A DNA stretch of 63,919 nt, counting the filler, from Reticulomyxa filosa (lineage: Eukaryota > Protista > Foraminifera), in NCBI GenBank assembly GCA_000512085.1. It is 21 parts of 21 records of this genome, joined end to end, with 100 filler letters (N's around TTAATTAATTAA, not from the genome) between each part and the next. Parts side by side here need not be neighbours in the genome. Positions count along the whole stretch, not along the records: positions 11,059 to 14,772 come from ASPP01019215.1; positions 14,873 to 16,754 come from ASPP01023709.1; positions 16,855 to 19,980 come from ASPP01033305.1; positions 20,081 to 21,393 come from ASPP01029424.1; positions 21,494 to 40,603 come from ASPP01012889.1; 16 more parts are not named here. The stretch is one strand, 5' to 3'. This document shows positions 10,959 through 24,906 of the stretch, in pieces. Position 1 is the first letter of the stretch. Every line of letters begins with the position of its first letter. A program made the translations under genes and the position numbers. The notes beneath the pieces were generated by a model. That model was given only the letters and a program-made list of their open reading frames with translations, did no database searches and was not told the DNA's origin.

Positions 10959-13900
10959 NNNNNNNNNNNNNNNNNNNNNNNNNNNNNNNNNNNNNNNNNN
11001 NNTTAATTAATTAANNNNNNNNNNNNNNNNNNNNNNNNNNNNNNNNNNNNNNNNNNNNAACGCTTGATTGCTCTTACTTTTTCTTCTTCTACTTTTTACA
11101 AAAACAGAAGCAATTTGGAAAATGAAAAATGTTTCATAAAAAAATGTATGTAATCAAATACGATGAAATGTGTAAAGAACTGAAAGTGACAGAAATGGTG
11201 TACACTGTGATTGTTTTATCAACAATGATACCAATTTCAAATGCAAAAAATTAAAATATATAATTTTTTGTCAACACAATTAAAAACGTTTCATAAAAAA
11301 TTCAAAAACGAAAAATTTGATTTTCTTTGGTAAGTCCTATGATAATGTGATAAATTATAACTTTGTTTTTTTAAGAATTGTTGTGTTTTTTGCAATGGAG
11401 ATTATATGTGTGATTGTTCTTGAATGTGAAAGATTTTTGACAAGTTATGAACATAATAGATTACTAAGTGCAAATAATTACACTAATACTCTAACCGAAC
11501 TAGTGGCAAAGTTGATATCAGTTTGAGAGTTAACATGTTGCAGAGAGTGATCATAAAAGTGCATGATCAAAGATACTGTTTTTAACTTTGGTAAAAAGAA
11601 TCGCGATTGGCTTGTAAAAACTATTTAAAGATTTTGTTGCTGAATTTGATGTTTTTTTCTTTCACTTTTTCCATTGAAAGACACACTACACCTTGTACAT
11701 TCTTTTTTTGTTGTTTAAATGAAACGTGAATATACATATCATTTTATTTTATGAATACATTGGATTGGTTGAAGATAATTCCGTTAAATATGTGCTTATT
11801 ATTACTTTTTCGTTTGTGTGAGACAAAAAGATTGTCACAAGAAGATATTGTGACAAAAATAGAAAATATTTGTTGTTTGAAGAAGTGTCCATAAAAAAAA
11901 CCTCATTGTTCGTTTTTTCTGTTGTTTCAGCAACAAGACCAACATGAGACAAAAAAACAAAAGAAAAAGAAAACTTGAGATAAGTCATTTCGTTCAATAG
12001 CAAGTTATTCCATATAATCTTTTAATCCTTTTTTTCTCATCATTTCTTTAAAGAAAAAAAAGAATCAAAACGATTCATAATGCATAGAAAATTATTTCTA
12101 ATTTATTTTCAAAAAGCAGCCACATTCTATTTTATGTCATGCGTGCTGACGAGAATAAGGACTTATCAATTTCGTCATTTATCAAACTAAAAAAAAAACA
12201 GATTGACAAACCTCTTTTTACTTTTCATATGATGACAATGTAATTTCAATAATTTCAGAAATGATAATCAATTCCTGGTCAAACACTCAAATTACATTGA
12301 CACTTTTGGGTTGTTTCTGGCTTTCTTTTTCGTAGTCTGTAGGATATGAAATTGGATAGAAAAGTCGAAATTGCCTACTTGTGAAAAATTTATTTTGTAA
12401 GTGGGGAAATGGTTGCATGTGGCCTCAGTGCTATCACAAAGATTAAAAGAAGTTCTGAATCATAAAATTGATTCAATCTGTGAACGTGACGGCGAGTGAA
12501 AAAAAAGCGTTTCTTTTTGTTAAAGCTTGGTCTGAGTAATTATTTATTCTATAAGGTAAAAAGCAACTATTTTTGAGGTAAAAATATGACAAAAGATATA
12601 ATATTTGATATTCGCAATAATTAAAATTGTGGGTCATTTTTTAAATTTTTTGAACCTATTTTTTGAAAATGACCCAGTCTTTGTTTATCTAAATAAAAAT
12701 TTTTTTTTATCCAGTTATGAATAGATATGCCAGTTGTTATGTTATTGGTTCGTTTTTAACGAAAAACTCACAAATAATGAAAACAAAGGTATTGCAATAT
12801 TCAATTTTAAACAGAATCTGGATTACATCATTATTGGATAATAACAAATCTGGGCAAATAAATAAACATTGAAATACAAATTACTAATATAAGAAAAATA
12901 TGAATATATGATTAGATTTAAAAAATAATTAAATTTTTGATTATTACATGTTAAAAGCTTTAACTATTATACTTTTGATAATCAATGAAAAGGAGTTAGT
13001 TCCATTTTATTTTTTTTTAACTTTGTCATGTACTTTCTGTCTAGAGTATTTTCTCTTAAGCAAGCAAGTCTTTCACCAGATTAACACAGTTCAAACATTA
13101 TACACTCACTGTTGAAAAGAACTTGTCTTGTTTCTCTTTATTTGAAAAAAAATAAAGTATGTTCGATTTGCTGGATATGTGAAGTTATAATTACATTTCT
13201 TTTTTATTTCAGTTTGTGGTATTTTTGATAAAAAAAATTCTGTTGTACAAATGATGTGTTTTTTGATAGTGATGCTTTAAGTAGCAAAAAAATTTAATTT
13301 GCTACTGTTGCGCAATTATGCGTGTAACGAACGAGCGATACAAATACAACAAAACTTGGCAAACTGTGAATTCAGAGAACAAAAAGAAAAGATTGATGCA
13401 TTGTTGTAATTTCTGCCAATATGTGAATACATGTTTTTTCTTTGTCTGTCTATTTAAAAATAATTATTTCTATCCCCCTTTTTTCGCATGATGACAATTA
13501 TTTTTGGTCCAATTCCTACAACAATTGCACATTTGATAGACATAACAGTATTTGAATTTTTTCTATTTCGAAAATCTTTCAAACGAGACATGATAATCTC
13601 AACTTTCTTTACTCACTTTTGATCAAGGACCAGAGAAAGAAGAGAAAAAGTGGTTAATAACTAAAAAAACATGATAGTTAACAGCAAGTCAAAGTTATTT
13701 CTGGGATCAATGAAGATTTCAAATGAAAAGAACTACTTCCGACATGAATCTTCGTCATTCTTTGGAAAACCTTTCAAAAAAAAACAGAAACCGCGTAGAA
13801 AGAGTAAACGAAGCAACGAGTGCTGGATATCAATCAGCATTTGATAGCATTAACATGATTGCCAATTTCTTGCGATGCATGTTGTGGAATGAAAATATGT

Positions 13901-15395
13901 TCAATCACTATTTCAACGCACTTGGTGATGAAAAGTCAATGCTTTGACGACCTCGAAAAAAATCCAAAGTCTATCAAATGATTACTTAGAAAAAACTTTT
14001 ATAAGATGCTCTTTGATGCCGCGATTATGCTTCCTGATTATTTTGATGATAAGTTGGACAATCTAGGCAATGCCATGATTAAAGCGGATGTGTCCATATA
14101 TCGCAGTGGTGCAAAAGTAAAAAAACTTCCCAAATTATACAATTTTTCTGAATAACCAAATTTCAACTCATGAAAAAACTGTATTTAGATTAAATAGACA
14201 CTTATTTCCATCAATTCTACATATGATGTAATCTATGGGGAGAAAATAAAAGATAGCAATCTTTAGTTCGTTATAAGACTGGAACAGAAAACAAAACAAA
14301 CGAAAGAAATCTTTAATAATTTTTGTACAATTTTTCAATTGAAAAATCAGTTTTTAACATAAATTTCGTTATCGAATAACTGCAAATATGTAATAAAAAC
14401 AAAAAGTGCGATTCATGTGATAAGATCAAGAGTATAATTAAAATTTAAAATTTAGATTTTTTCTTGAAAATACGTCCATTTGTAGTCCAAGTCAAGGGCA
14501 TTATATTTATATAACTTTTTTTTTCAAATTTTTTATAATGGACAGAACATATGAAATTATTATGTATTTATACCATTTCCATTTTACATGAGTGACACTT
14601 CTTTTTAAAAAAATTTTATTGATTTAAGATTTTGTATTTCTGGATAATATTAATCTTGATGTCATCTACTGAAATTGTTTGAATACTAATTTTCAATGAA
14701 TGATATTGTGTTGTAGTTTTGACATTTTAAAGAATTATTTGTAATATCAAATCGAGAAAAATGCGAAGAAAANNNNNNNNNNNNNNNNNNNNNNNNNNNN
14801 NNNNNNNNNNNNNNNNTTAATTAATTAANNNNNNNNNNNNNNNNNNNNNNNNNNNNNNNNNNNNNNNNNNNNAATTTCTTTTTAACCTTTTTTTTTTTCC
14901 CCTCTTCTATCATTTATTTCTATTTTTTGTTCTCCCCCCTTTTTTGTTCATTTTTTTTTTTTTCCATATTTTTCTTTTTTCCATATCTTTCCTTTTCCCT
15001 TTTTTTTCCCAGCCTTTTTTTTTATAACATTTTTTCCCCCCTTTTTATTTATTATTTTCTTTTTTCACTCACACTTTCACAATCTTAAAAATGCGTCTTT
15101 GACCCTGATCTGTTTGCGTTCATGTGCATCTATTTACACACAAGCAAATTTTTTATTTTTTAAAAACAAAAAAATATATATATACCAATTGGAGCTCGAT
15201 ATCATTTTTTTTTCCTATAGAGCAATACTCAAACACTTTTTTTTTTTTTTTATGTGGTGGGATGGGGCAAACAAAAATAAATAAAAATTTTTTTCTTTGT
15301 GCGGGGGAATTCCTGTTATCACACACATACACATTTACATTATGTAACAAAAGAAAAATAAATATAACATAACGTACCTCTAGCACTTATCTCGT

Positions 15396-15421
15396 AAACG
15401 GGGTGGCCTTCGACCCCATTT
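15396..15421 (-). other. Hairpin element, copy 3 (single, diverged hairpin)
   Basis: AAATGGGGT-CGAAGGCC-ACCCCGTTT on the minus strand, inside an 83-nt TAG|...|GTACGT exon-like segment (15378-15460). Confidence 0.6.
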
Positions 15422-15524
15422 TTGTGTGTGAGTTGGGAATAATAAATGTAACTGTGGATCCTATTACACAAACACATAGCATGTGAATATTTTTTTTTTT
15501 AAAAAAAGTAGACAAACATTGTTA

Positions 15525-15558
15525 CTCCTTTCGGAGACAGGGTTGGCTTCTACCCCGT
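15525..15558 (-). other. Conserved tandem-hairpin element, copy 2
   Basis: ACGGGGT-AGAAGCCA-ACCCTGT-CTCC-GAAA-GGAG, inside a 73-nt exon-like segment (15518-15590). Confidence 0.7.
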
Positions 15559-16854
15559 TTTTTCTTTTTTATTTGAATCTGGTTCATTGCCTATACAAAA
15601 AAGAAAATATGTACATATTTATTATTTAAATACGTATATGTATAAATAAATTTAACATATTTAACAAAAAAAAAAAAATTATACATTAAAGTTGGATCGC
15701 TTGTTTGATTCGACGACGTTTTGATGCGATAGCGATGAGGGGGATACATTACCGCAGCCGTTTGCTGGCTGATTCTCTCCAACTTTCCTCCAGTCTTCCA
15801 TTGCGTTCTGTCGAACACGACTTTTTTGGCAGCGCTGTCCAAGTTTGCCTCAATGACTTTGTATCTATGGATCATTTCAAATGACAATGTTGTATTTAAG
15901 GTAATATGTTTTGTGTTGTTTTTTTAGATGAAAAAGATATTGAATTATTAAATGCAAAAAATTATAACTTTTTTTAAAAGTTGCCTCGTCAAATCGTCGA
16001 AGATCTTTTTCTACTCAATTTGATTATTTTCTATTCATTACATAAGATCAAAGTGGAAAGTATTTGAAATTGAAAAATGATTATCACAGAATTTTTCAAT
16101 GAGAAAAAGTATGTCAACAAATTTTATGTAGATGTATAACTACACATATACATACTTGCGTTAAATAGATTGCTTTGGATGTCCATTTGTCGTGTCGAAA
16201 TTGCGGTGGTTGTCGTTTGTTCATCTTGGCTCAAGTCGCTGTCGCCGTAGTAGTATGTCTACTTTGTATTGTCCGCCATGTGGTGCCATTGTGGGCGGCT
16301 GGGCTTCTACTACTACACATTGTCAATACATAAAGCCCAGGGCGACTTAAGGGTTACACAAGTCGACGCCATCATTGACTACAATAATAACAATTGCGTC
16401 ATATATGCTTCCACCTGGACTCCTATCACAATTGGCTTGAATGAACACAAAGTCCTATTTACATTCGGCGTCTTATGAGCCAATGATTATTAGAACTTCC
16501 AGCAATTCCATTGTCTATTGGATATTATATATGTATGCGTACATATATATTCAAAATTAGAGTTTTACAGTTATTCTTATTAGCTTTTTTTCCCCTCACT
16601 TCTACATGGCTTTTTCTTAGTTATTTGTTTTTTTAATCGAAAGAAAGGTATACAAAAGTAACTGAAATGTGCGCGGATTTGTTGAACAAGATTGATATTC
16701 ACGCTTGTTGTGATGGTAACTGGAGTGGTGCTAGTTGGCGTGCTGGCAACTGGCNNNNNNNNNNNNNNNNNNNNNNNNNNNNNNNNNNNNNNNNNNNNTT
16801 AATTAATTAANNNNNNNNNNNNNNNNNNNNNNNNNNNNNNNNNNNNNNNNNNNN

Positions 16855-17135
16855 TTCAGGATCATCGAATAATGGAGCCAATTTATCTTGTGATTGGTTG
16901 TATCTTCTTAACTTTTCTTTCGTTGTGTCCAGTTGTTCATTTTCTTTTTTTTTATTACGTTCTTCTTCTTTTACTTCTGAAATTTCATTTGCAAGTGTTT
17001 TCTCAGGATACTTCTCTTCCATTTGGTTTGACCTTTTCCGAGATTGATATTTTTCTTTTTTTTTTTTTTTTTTTTGTCGTTCACTCTTGAAGCCTCAGCA
17101 AAAAGATCATCTTCTTCTCTATTCTGGTTACTCAT
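16855..17135 (-). CDS. 5' end of a NACHT-HEAT family paralogue (truncated by contig end; frame break in a poly-T run)
   Basis: LDTTKEKLRRYNQSQDKLAPLFDDPE matches LETTTDKLKDHYKSQDKLVPLFDDLE at the start of the 34194-39901 protein. Confidence 0.75.
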
Positions 17136-17288
17136 TGTTAATTTCCGCTCAATGTTGAAAAGATTAGAAGGGGGTTTGTTTAAAGTTTTTTAGAGTATTT
17201 TTTTAGAACCTTTTTTTTGAAAATAAAAACACTGCCAACAAAGTTCAATGTCTTCACCAACTCACTCATATGCCCGTCTGTCAGTGAT

Positions 17289-17317
17289 GGCACGTACTTT
17301 GATAACAAGTACGTGCC
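17289..17317. repeat. Perfect 11-bp inverted repeat
   Basis: GGCACGTACTT-TGATAAC-AAGTACGTGCC, ~155 bp upstream of the NACHT paralogue ATG. Confidence 0.8.
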
Positions 17318-18199
17318 TCTTTACTCACCGAACCTCGACGTTGTGTTTTTGGTAATATTCCCATAACTTCAAAGGACACCACTGTCTTGTTTGTTTTGGA
17401 CAACTAAGTCATACATTATTTCAGAACTTTTTGATGTATCCGTTGAAAACAAGTTCCAAAAAACACTTTGTCAAATCACTAAGGAGATACTGTGTTAATA
17501 CAGGTATTAAAATACTTGATCTTCTTAAATAAAATTGTTTTGGACACAAGGACAGCTTTTTCTTTCTCTCAAAAACACGGTAAATTGGAATGTCTTATTT
17601 ATAATCAAAAACTTATGAAATATCAAGCAAATCTGATCTATAAAAACATAACAATTTTCCACATATTTCTTTTTTTCTAAATGCCTATTGTAAATTAAAA
17701 TGATATGAATCAAATCATACAAATTTTCAAGTCCTTTGAAACCGGTTGCAGAATATTGAAATTGCACAAATAATTCAATTTACATTTGTTTAAATAAACT
17801 TTAAAAAAGAAAAAAACGACCCCCCAAAAATTGCTCTATAAACTTTGAACGCTCCTTTTTTTTTAAAAATTTTTCAGAAATAAAAAAAAAAGTAACAAAG
17901 GGAAAACAGTAAAGAAAAATGAAAAAAACAGACATGCGCATGTTATCATCGTCTCCACTGTCTGATTCTATCTTTTTGCGTCGTCACCGTCTGTGTACAT
18001 TGTTCTCATATCAGCAACAATTTTGTGCGGAAAAGAGATAAGATTATGCACTTCTTCAGCTGTTTTGTATTAATCAATGTGATGCTGGCATAGCATATAA
18101 AAAAAAAGAAAAAACAGAGTATATATAACACACATTACTTAACATCAAATTTCAACACTTTGAAAAAATAAATATTGCTATTAACCAGCGATTGACATA

Positions 18200-19980
18200 A
18201 AGCATTGTCCACTATTTACAGTTGATATAAATAGTTGGATATTGCTTGTTTCACTTGTGCATATCGAGTCGCATTTAATCCTACTAAAGATACGAACATG
18301 CAATGCTTTCTTGTATAATTTGTAGATTCCTTGAGCATATTAAATCTCACAAAGTTTATGCAATTATGAAATAGTATTGCTTGTCCATGATCTTTTGTCG
18401 CAAAGCGAAGATTGCCAAACATTTCTGTTTCGTTAACACCACAATATTTCTTCTCATTAGACAAGGATTCCACCACTTACATCACCTGTGGACTTATAGT
18501 GTCTAGTTGTTGTAAAAACAAAAACAACAAAAAATAATTAATTCAAATTGTTTAGAATGAAAGACAAAAATAATAAATGTCTTTTAACTGCAATCTCCTT
18601 TCAAAGGCATTCGAGTTAATGAGACCAATCATTTCCTGCCAATCTTGTTTGACAAATACTCCAATTACCAATTAAATTGCAATATGCTACAAATTTTAAT
18701 ATTTCCACCAAATCAATACGAAGGCCATACCAATTATATCTTGGAAGTGTTTCCATACACCACTGGTATATTGACATTGGGAGGCACATATAGCATAGTC
18801 ATAAAATACATGCAAAAGATGGCGATTGATATTTAACCAAGTTATGCGCGTTGATGAATTGGAGTACATTGAATGAAGATGGTGCGTGCTAATTTGAGTA
18901 TTGTTGTGTGATTTTAAGCACATAACAATTGTCGCTTGCGTTTCGTTTCATAAATGTCCATACCCATTTGTAGGCTTGATGAAACGCGGTCAATACCTTT
19001 TAGAGATTTGTTGTGTTGATCCTCTTTATTCATATTGTCTCTCGGTTCATTGTCAGTTGCCACATTTCTTGATAATAATCCACTAATACTGTTAATATGT
19101 ATGTTTGCTTCTTTCTTTTCTTCCTCTTTCAAACCTAAGGTAAATCATTCTACAATTAAATGATCCATGTTTACATTGTTTTGGTCAAGACATTTTACAA
19201 CACTGAAAATGTTATAAAAATAACACATCACAACTCTGATAAAGCTATTTTTTCTGAATTGTATGCATCACATTAATTGACTTGGAGCTTACAGGCAATC
19301 CACTTTTGAGATTTAATTGCAATTGCGATAGACCAAGAAAACACCAACTGGACAATGATACAATCGCGTTACATTCTGTCCATAGATTGGATTTTGTTAT
19401 TTTTGATAGTAGTTACTCGTGATACGAGTAATATTTTAAGATTAGAAATGCAATTGAAAATTGCTTCTTGGATGCCAATTATCAATTCATTGAGTCAATT
19501 CCAAGATTACTGAATATGATCACAATTCACTTGTCTTGCTGGCCGTGTTAATATGTTGACTGGATATGCCCAATATTTGACTATCAGCATCAACACAATT
19601 TGGAAAGGAAGCAATTCGGCAGCTCTATTATCGAAAGGAACTCATGTGGCTCACAAATTAGTATCAATACCATTTGCAACTGATGATATGATGTTCAATA
19701 TTTCCAATGCAATATTCAGATCTTGAGGATTCGTCCAAGACAGAGTCAGCAATGTATACGTGTTATATTTCGACTCTGCTCTGGACAAATTGTTAATATC
19801 ACCACTGTTCACCTGTACAACATCTTTTTGTTGCTTCAAATCGATATCCGCAGGACTAGCGTGTCAATTGAAAATTATTTAAGAATGAGGAATGTATTCA
19901 CTCACGTACATACTCCTTCCAAACTCACTTCAATTGGTTGACCTTTTCCTTTTGATGGCGAGATTTGAACTTGTGGCTTG
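18200..19980 (-). pseudogene. Degenerate multi-exon gene, possibly with an SP-RING (zf-MIZ)-like remnant
   Basis: Minus-strand fragments PVNILTRPARQVNCDHIQ* (~19510-19565) and LYHCPVG (~19340-19360) resemble the SP-RING pattern. Many stops. Confidence 0.3.
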
Positions 19981-20304
19981 NNNNNNNNNNNNNNNNNNNN
20001 NNNNNNNNNNNNNNNNNNNNNNNNTTAATTAATTAANNNNNNNNNNNNNNNNNNNNNNNNNNNNNNNNNNNNNNNNNNNNTTAATTAGTTTTTTTTTGCT
20101 TCATCAACAAATAATATTCTCTAGAATTCAGTTAAGGTTTTTTCAAGTAAAAAAGAAAATCTATTGAAAATAATTTAAATTTGATTCTTTACACAAATTC
20201 TATTTTGTCTTCATAATTAAGGGGAAAAACTCTTTGTAAACAAAAACCAACTCCAGTTTATTTAAAAAAAACTAGATTGAAAAAGAAACTATACAAGAGA
20301 AAAA

Positions 20305-21393
20305 ATGAATGACAACTTAATCTTAGGAGCAGAAGAAAAAGAGCGATCAATAGTTAAACATTAACAACATTCTTACTTAATGACTGTTATAACAAAGAAT
20401 TGCTTATGATGGACCAGAAATAGAAAAGAGTTTAGAATGCTTACTTTGTGCAGGTAATGCTATGGAATTAACATATAATTTTCATGTAAAGCAAGAAAAT
20501 CCGTTAATTATTGGAGAAAATTGTTTAATTAGATATTTGGAAAGTAATAATAATAGATGTCCTAAAGATAATCATATTAATTGTGATTACACTATAGCAA
20601 AATTGGCACGAACATTAATTAATAATTTAACAATTGGGTGCCCTGGAAAATCCATAATTCAATTAAATCAAATGGCAAATAATGTAAATGTTTCCAGTAT
20701 ATGTTGTGGATTTAAAGGAAAAATTAGTGCAATAAAAAAATATTTGGAAGAATCATGTACGTTTAAATTAATGGAATGTGAATTTAAGAAATATGGATGC
20801 GTGGATATTGTTACCAGGTTTAATTACAAAGAATATTACAAATTAGAAATAGACAAGCATTTAGAATTAATTAAAAACTATATTGTTAAATTGGAAACTA
20901 AAGAATGGCCTTTGGATGAAAAAAAATGTGCAAATGATCAGAAAGGTAATTGTAACTTCAAATTGTCAAAAAGTTTCATTGGGTCTGGAGATTCTGTGAC
21001 TAGTATTGACTGTGCAATAACCAAAGACTATCAATTACTTTGCTCGGATCAGAAGATAATACAGTTTATATATGGAATATAGACACCAAAGAAAAAATTG
21101 GAGAATTACATGGACATTCAAATAATGTAACTTGTGTGAAATTTTCACCTTATCATCGTTTGAGGATCGTCGTACTGTCATTTGTTCTACATCATTGGAC
21201 AAAACCATTTGTTTTTGGGATATGTGTGGATTTTTCACCATTGAAAAATTATACCAGTGCTGAAAGATTGGTGGTGATTCATATAAAATTTGCTCTGGTT
21301 CAAAAGACAAGGACATGAATATCCAATTCTCAGCGTAAAATATGTATCACCTGAATTAGTACTTAGTAACGGTGCAAATATAATTTTGTCTGT
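20305..21393 (+). pseudogene. TRAF-type zinc finger + WD40 repeat pseudogene
   Basis: CGFKGKISAIKKYLEESCTFKLMECEFKKYGC (TRAF ZnF), then LLCS/GSEDNTVYIWNIDT...GHSNNVTCVKFSPYH across frameshifts. Stops in the 5' region. Confidence 0.75.
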
Positions 21394-21493
21394 NNNNNNN
21401 NNNNNNNNNNNNNNNNNNNNNNNNNNNNNNNNNNNNNTTAATTAATTAANNNNNNNNNNNNNNNNNNNNNNNNNNNNNNNNNNNNNNNNNNNN

Positions 21494-21532
<39 letters not shown>

Positions 21533-21535
<3 letters not shown>

Positions 21536-23663
21536 TGAAGATTTATCATGGAAAGCACCAAAATTGCAGGTATTATCCATTTATGGCAATCCCAATATCA
21601 AAGGAAAACTTTCGACGTCGCTGTATAATTCCAGTTTGCAAATGCTCCTTGCACATGGGTGCAAATTAAATGGGCAATTGCCATCGACCGACGACAATGA
21701 AAAAGGAGAGATTATATATGCGACATTGTCACAAAATCGTATATCAGGTCAAATGCCAAACAATTTAGTTCAAAGTGGTAATGCCAGTAATTTGCGCGAT
21801 ATCAGTTTCAGTTTCACGACTACTTTGAAAGATGCATTGACAGTAAGCTTCAATGTTTCGAAAGAGATAAACCATGGCTTTTATTTGCCAGGAAATCGCT
21901 TTTCAGTAAGCAGGAAATGGAATAGCGTGTCCAACAATCAAGAATTGCCCGATTATGTATCAAAAGAAGAGCGTGATGCAAAAAATTTGTATTTGTCAAA
22001 TGAAACTCAAGTCACTGAAGTATTGTTAATTGGATGTGCGGTCATTGTTGCATGCTTATTATTTATACGTAGATTACTCAAACTTCGCTATTGCACATGC
22101 CTGTGTCTATATTTTAGAACGTGCAGACTTGTCTGTACTTATCCAAGACTTTCCAAACTCCCAAAACATGCCGGTTTTAGACAAATGGCAGCGCTGTTGA
22201 TATGGATAAACAATTGGTTTGAAATTGCAGTGATTGGGACGCTAATAGTAATTTATATAACCAATGCTACATTGTTTGAGATTGGGTATCCTCTATCGCA
22301 TGTTTCATTTGCGTACTTTGAGAATCCGTCACTTGGAGTGACAATTATATTGGTGCTTGTTGTTTTGTTATCCAATGGTGCGGTATTGCTCTATGTGATG
22401 AAGTGGTTAATGCATCCTGTTTCTTTGACTGCAAGTGATATTCATGATCATGGTAATAATGAAGAAGGAGGAGGAGGTGATGGTGATGGTGATGGTGATG
22501 ATGATGATGATAATTCATCGAATAAGGATTTGCAGATATGCACTTGCCAAAATGCAATGCTATTACTAATTTCATTTATTGGATGGGGTTTCTCAGTCAC
22601 TTGTGTGGTAATATATTTTGCATTTGAATCGTTACCGGAAAATAATACATTGCATATTCCTTCTTCATTGCTATTTGTAATTCAAAAAATAGTGTCATTG
22701 GTCTTAACCTTGCACAATTCATTCATTGCTCCGAATTTTACCTTTTATTTGGTTGAGTTTGCATTTTATGTTTGTAGGATCAAAAACAATAAAATGGCTC
22801 GAATATGTCGAAATTTCATGACTCAGTTCTTGCGGACATTATTATGTGTGGTCATACCTTTAATCCTTGCTTTCTATTTTTACAATGACTGTGGCGCGAG
22901 ATGGACAAATTATTGGTCCACTTGCGTTGGTAAAGATCCCAATGAAGCCGTTGTTGGCTATCAATACACCTATACCAATCTTAATTTCAATACAACTGTT
23001 AAAGAAAATGTTGTGGCATTAAGTTGGAGTGACTTGTGCCAGCCTACAACTTTTCGATTTGGAGCTTGTATTCGTGAAATTTTGGAAAAATGGGGAAATG
23101 TCATGGTGGTCAAAATGGCAATCAATATCATTAGCCCATGGATTTCGGTGCTGATTCAAATGTTGGTTGCTCAAATAAAAAAGTGCTATTATGGATTTGA
23201 AGACTCTGAAAAATTAAACTTTCGAGCAGCAAGTTTGTTTATCAATGTGGAGTTGGTGGTATTGTTAGGGTTGTTTTGTCCTTTGATTGTACCGTTATGT
23301 GCGATGACAATCATTTCTAATATTTTACAATTACAATATTTATTGAAGAAAAAGGATAGTAAGAAAAGGAGTGTCTACAAATTATCCAACGAAGTCCCTC
23401 CGTTTCCGGTGTCCATGTTGATCGCTCCATTTCTTCTTCAACAAGCCTTTTGGGTATTGTCTGCTGCTTTCAGTGATGACATGTTTGCTCATCCTTATGC
23501 GGTGATGAATGTTTTCTTGTCCATATTTGTTATCATGGATGTTTGTTTTATCATCACTGCTACTTATACTTATGTTTGCTCGAAGTCCAAGTCTCGAGGT
23601 AAAAGAGATGAAGCCTTCAACGCCAAATCCTTGGAAATGCAATATCGAGAACGTAAAACTTAA
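21533..23663 (+). CDS. LRR-ectodomain multi-pass (GPCR-like) membrane receptor, last exon
   Basis: LRR-like LQVLSIYGN..IKGKL, LLAHGCKLNGQLP and LSQNRISGQMP, followed by many hydrophobic helices. Single 699-aa open frame. Confidence 0.7.
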
Positions 23664-24906
23664 GAATAAGACTTTGGTTTAATTTTATTTATATGTCATA
23701 CTTTTTTTTTTAGTGTAATGGTTTCTTATTTGAATACATGAAATTTTTTTATTTTTTTTTTCTGTTGTACAAATCAAGTGTACGTAATTTGGGGAAGCTT
23801 ACTTTCTTCAAAATTACTCTCGATGAAAAACAAATTGTAACCTAATTTTTTAAAAAAATATCTTTAAGCTTTTAAGTATAGCAATCGATTTTTTTATAAC
23901 TTTTTTAAAATGGAAAATGTCATTTTTATATGACTTTTGAAAGTTATGAATGTAAGCATAATTATTGGCAATGAAAAAGTTTCAATATATCAAAGGTAAT
24001 CAATAAACTGACTTTTTTTGGTTAAATACAAGACGGAAAAAAAAAGATTTTAATGCAAAGTAAAAATAATTAAAAGGCTCATTGTATTTGTTTAAAAGCC
24101 AATAATAAAAAGAAGTAAGATCACTTTACATTTTTATAATCAATTTTTTTATCACTAGAGCTGATGCAATCATATAATCGTCTAAAGAATATATATATTC
24201 TCGCTGTATCACCAAAATTCTTCTAATTTTTATATTTTCAAGTCTGCGTCCACATTCCACAAGCAATGACGCCACCTTCAAAGCATGACACAAATGATCG
24301 GATTATAGAAATCGTGTCCCAATTGTATTATCACTTGATGAGGCTATTTATCTGTTGAAAATTGTATATCACTGATATTCTTCAATGCTATACTTTCACG
24401 CCCAGATTCTATATTCCATAATTATGTTCACCAAATATTTTTATTCGTAACCCTGATTTCGCATCTTACAATCGAATGTATGTACTAATTGAACACGATA
24501 CATTTTTTACCATCTGGTGAAAATGTCGCATGACCTCCCATATATTCGTATTGTTTTACCATTGAAAATGGGAACAAAGCAATGCAGTAAAGGCGTGCAT
24601 GTGTACACACCAAAACATAGTGTAAAGATAAAATAGTAAAAAATTCTGTAAACTAAATATTTTGTTAATATACACTGTTGAAACAATTGATCTTTTAGTT
24701 GCATTCTTTCATGTTTTCATCAAACACCAAAATGAATATATCAAAAAAAAATTTCGATGAAGATAGTAAAGATCCCCTTTTTTTTAGAAAAAAAAAAAAA
24801 AGGGGGCATTAAATTTAAAGAAAAAAAAAAAGAAATAAAATCAATGACAAAAAAAAATGATTACAAGTTTGTTTGTTTTTTTTTTTGTTGTTGTCACGCC
24901 ATAATA

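Larger units (their letters stand above)
15378..16754 (-). pseudogene. Spliced, stop-laden gene-like sequence hosting hairpin copies 2 and 3
   Basis: Exon-like blocks (~16650-16754, ~16150-16514, ~15680-15890, 15518-15590, 15378-15460) with splice-like borders. No continuous frame. Confidence 0.35.

Noticed and set aside
11059-14772. Possible genes in this contig (e.g. 13723-13947)
   Set aside because: Very AT-rich with only short motif-less ORFs. At most an unidentifiable remnant near 13700-14150.
19413-19431. TTACTCGT-GAT-ACGAGTAA hairpin
   Set aside because: A single 8-bp stem with no second copy; expected by chance at this window size.
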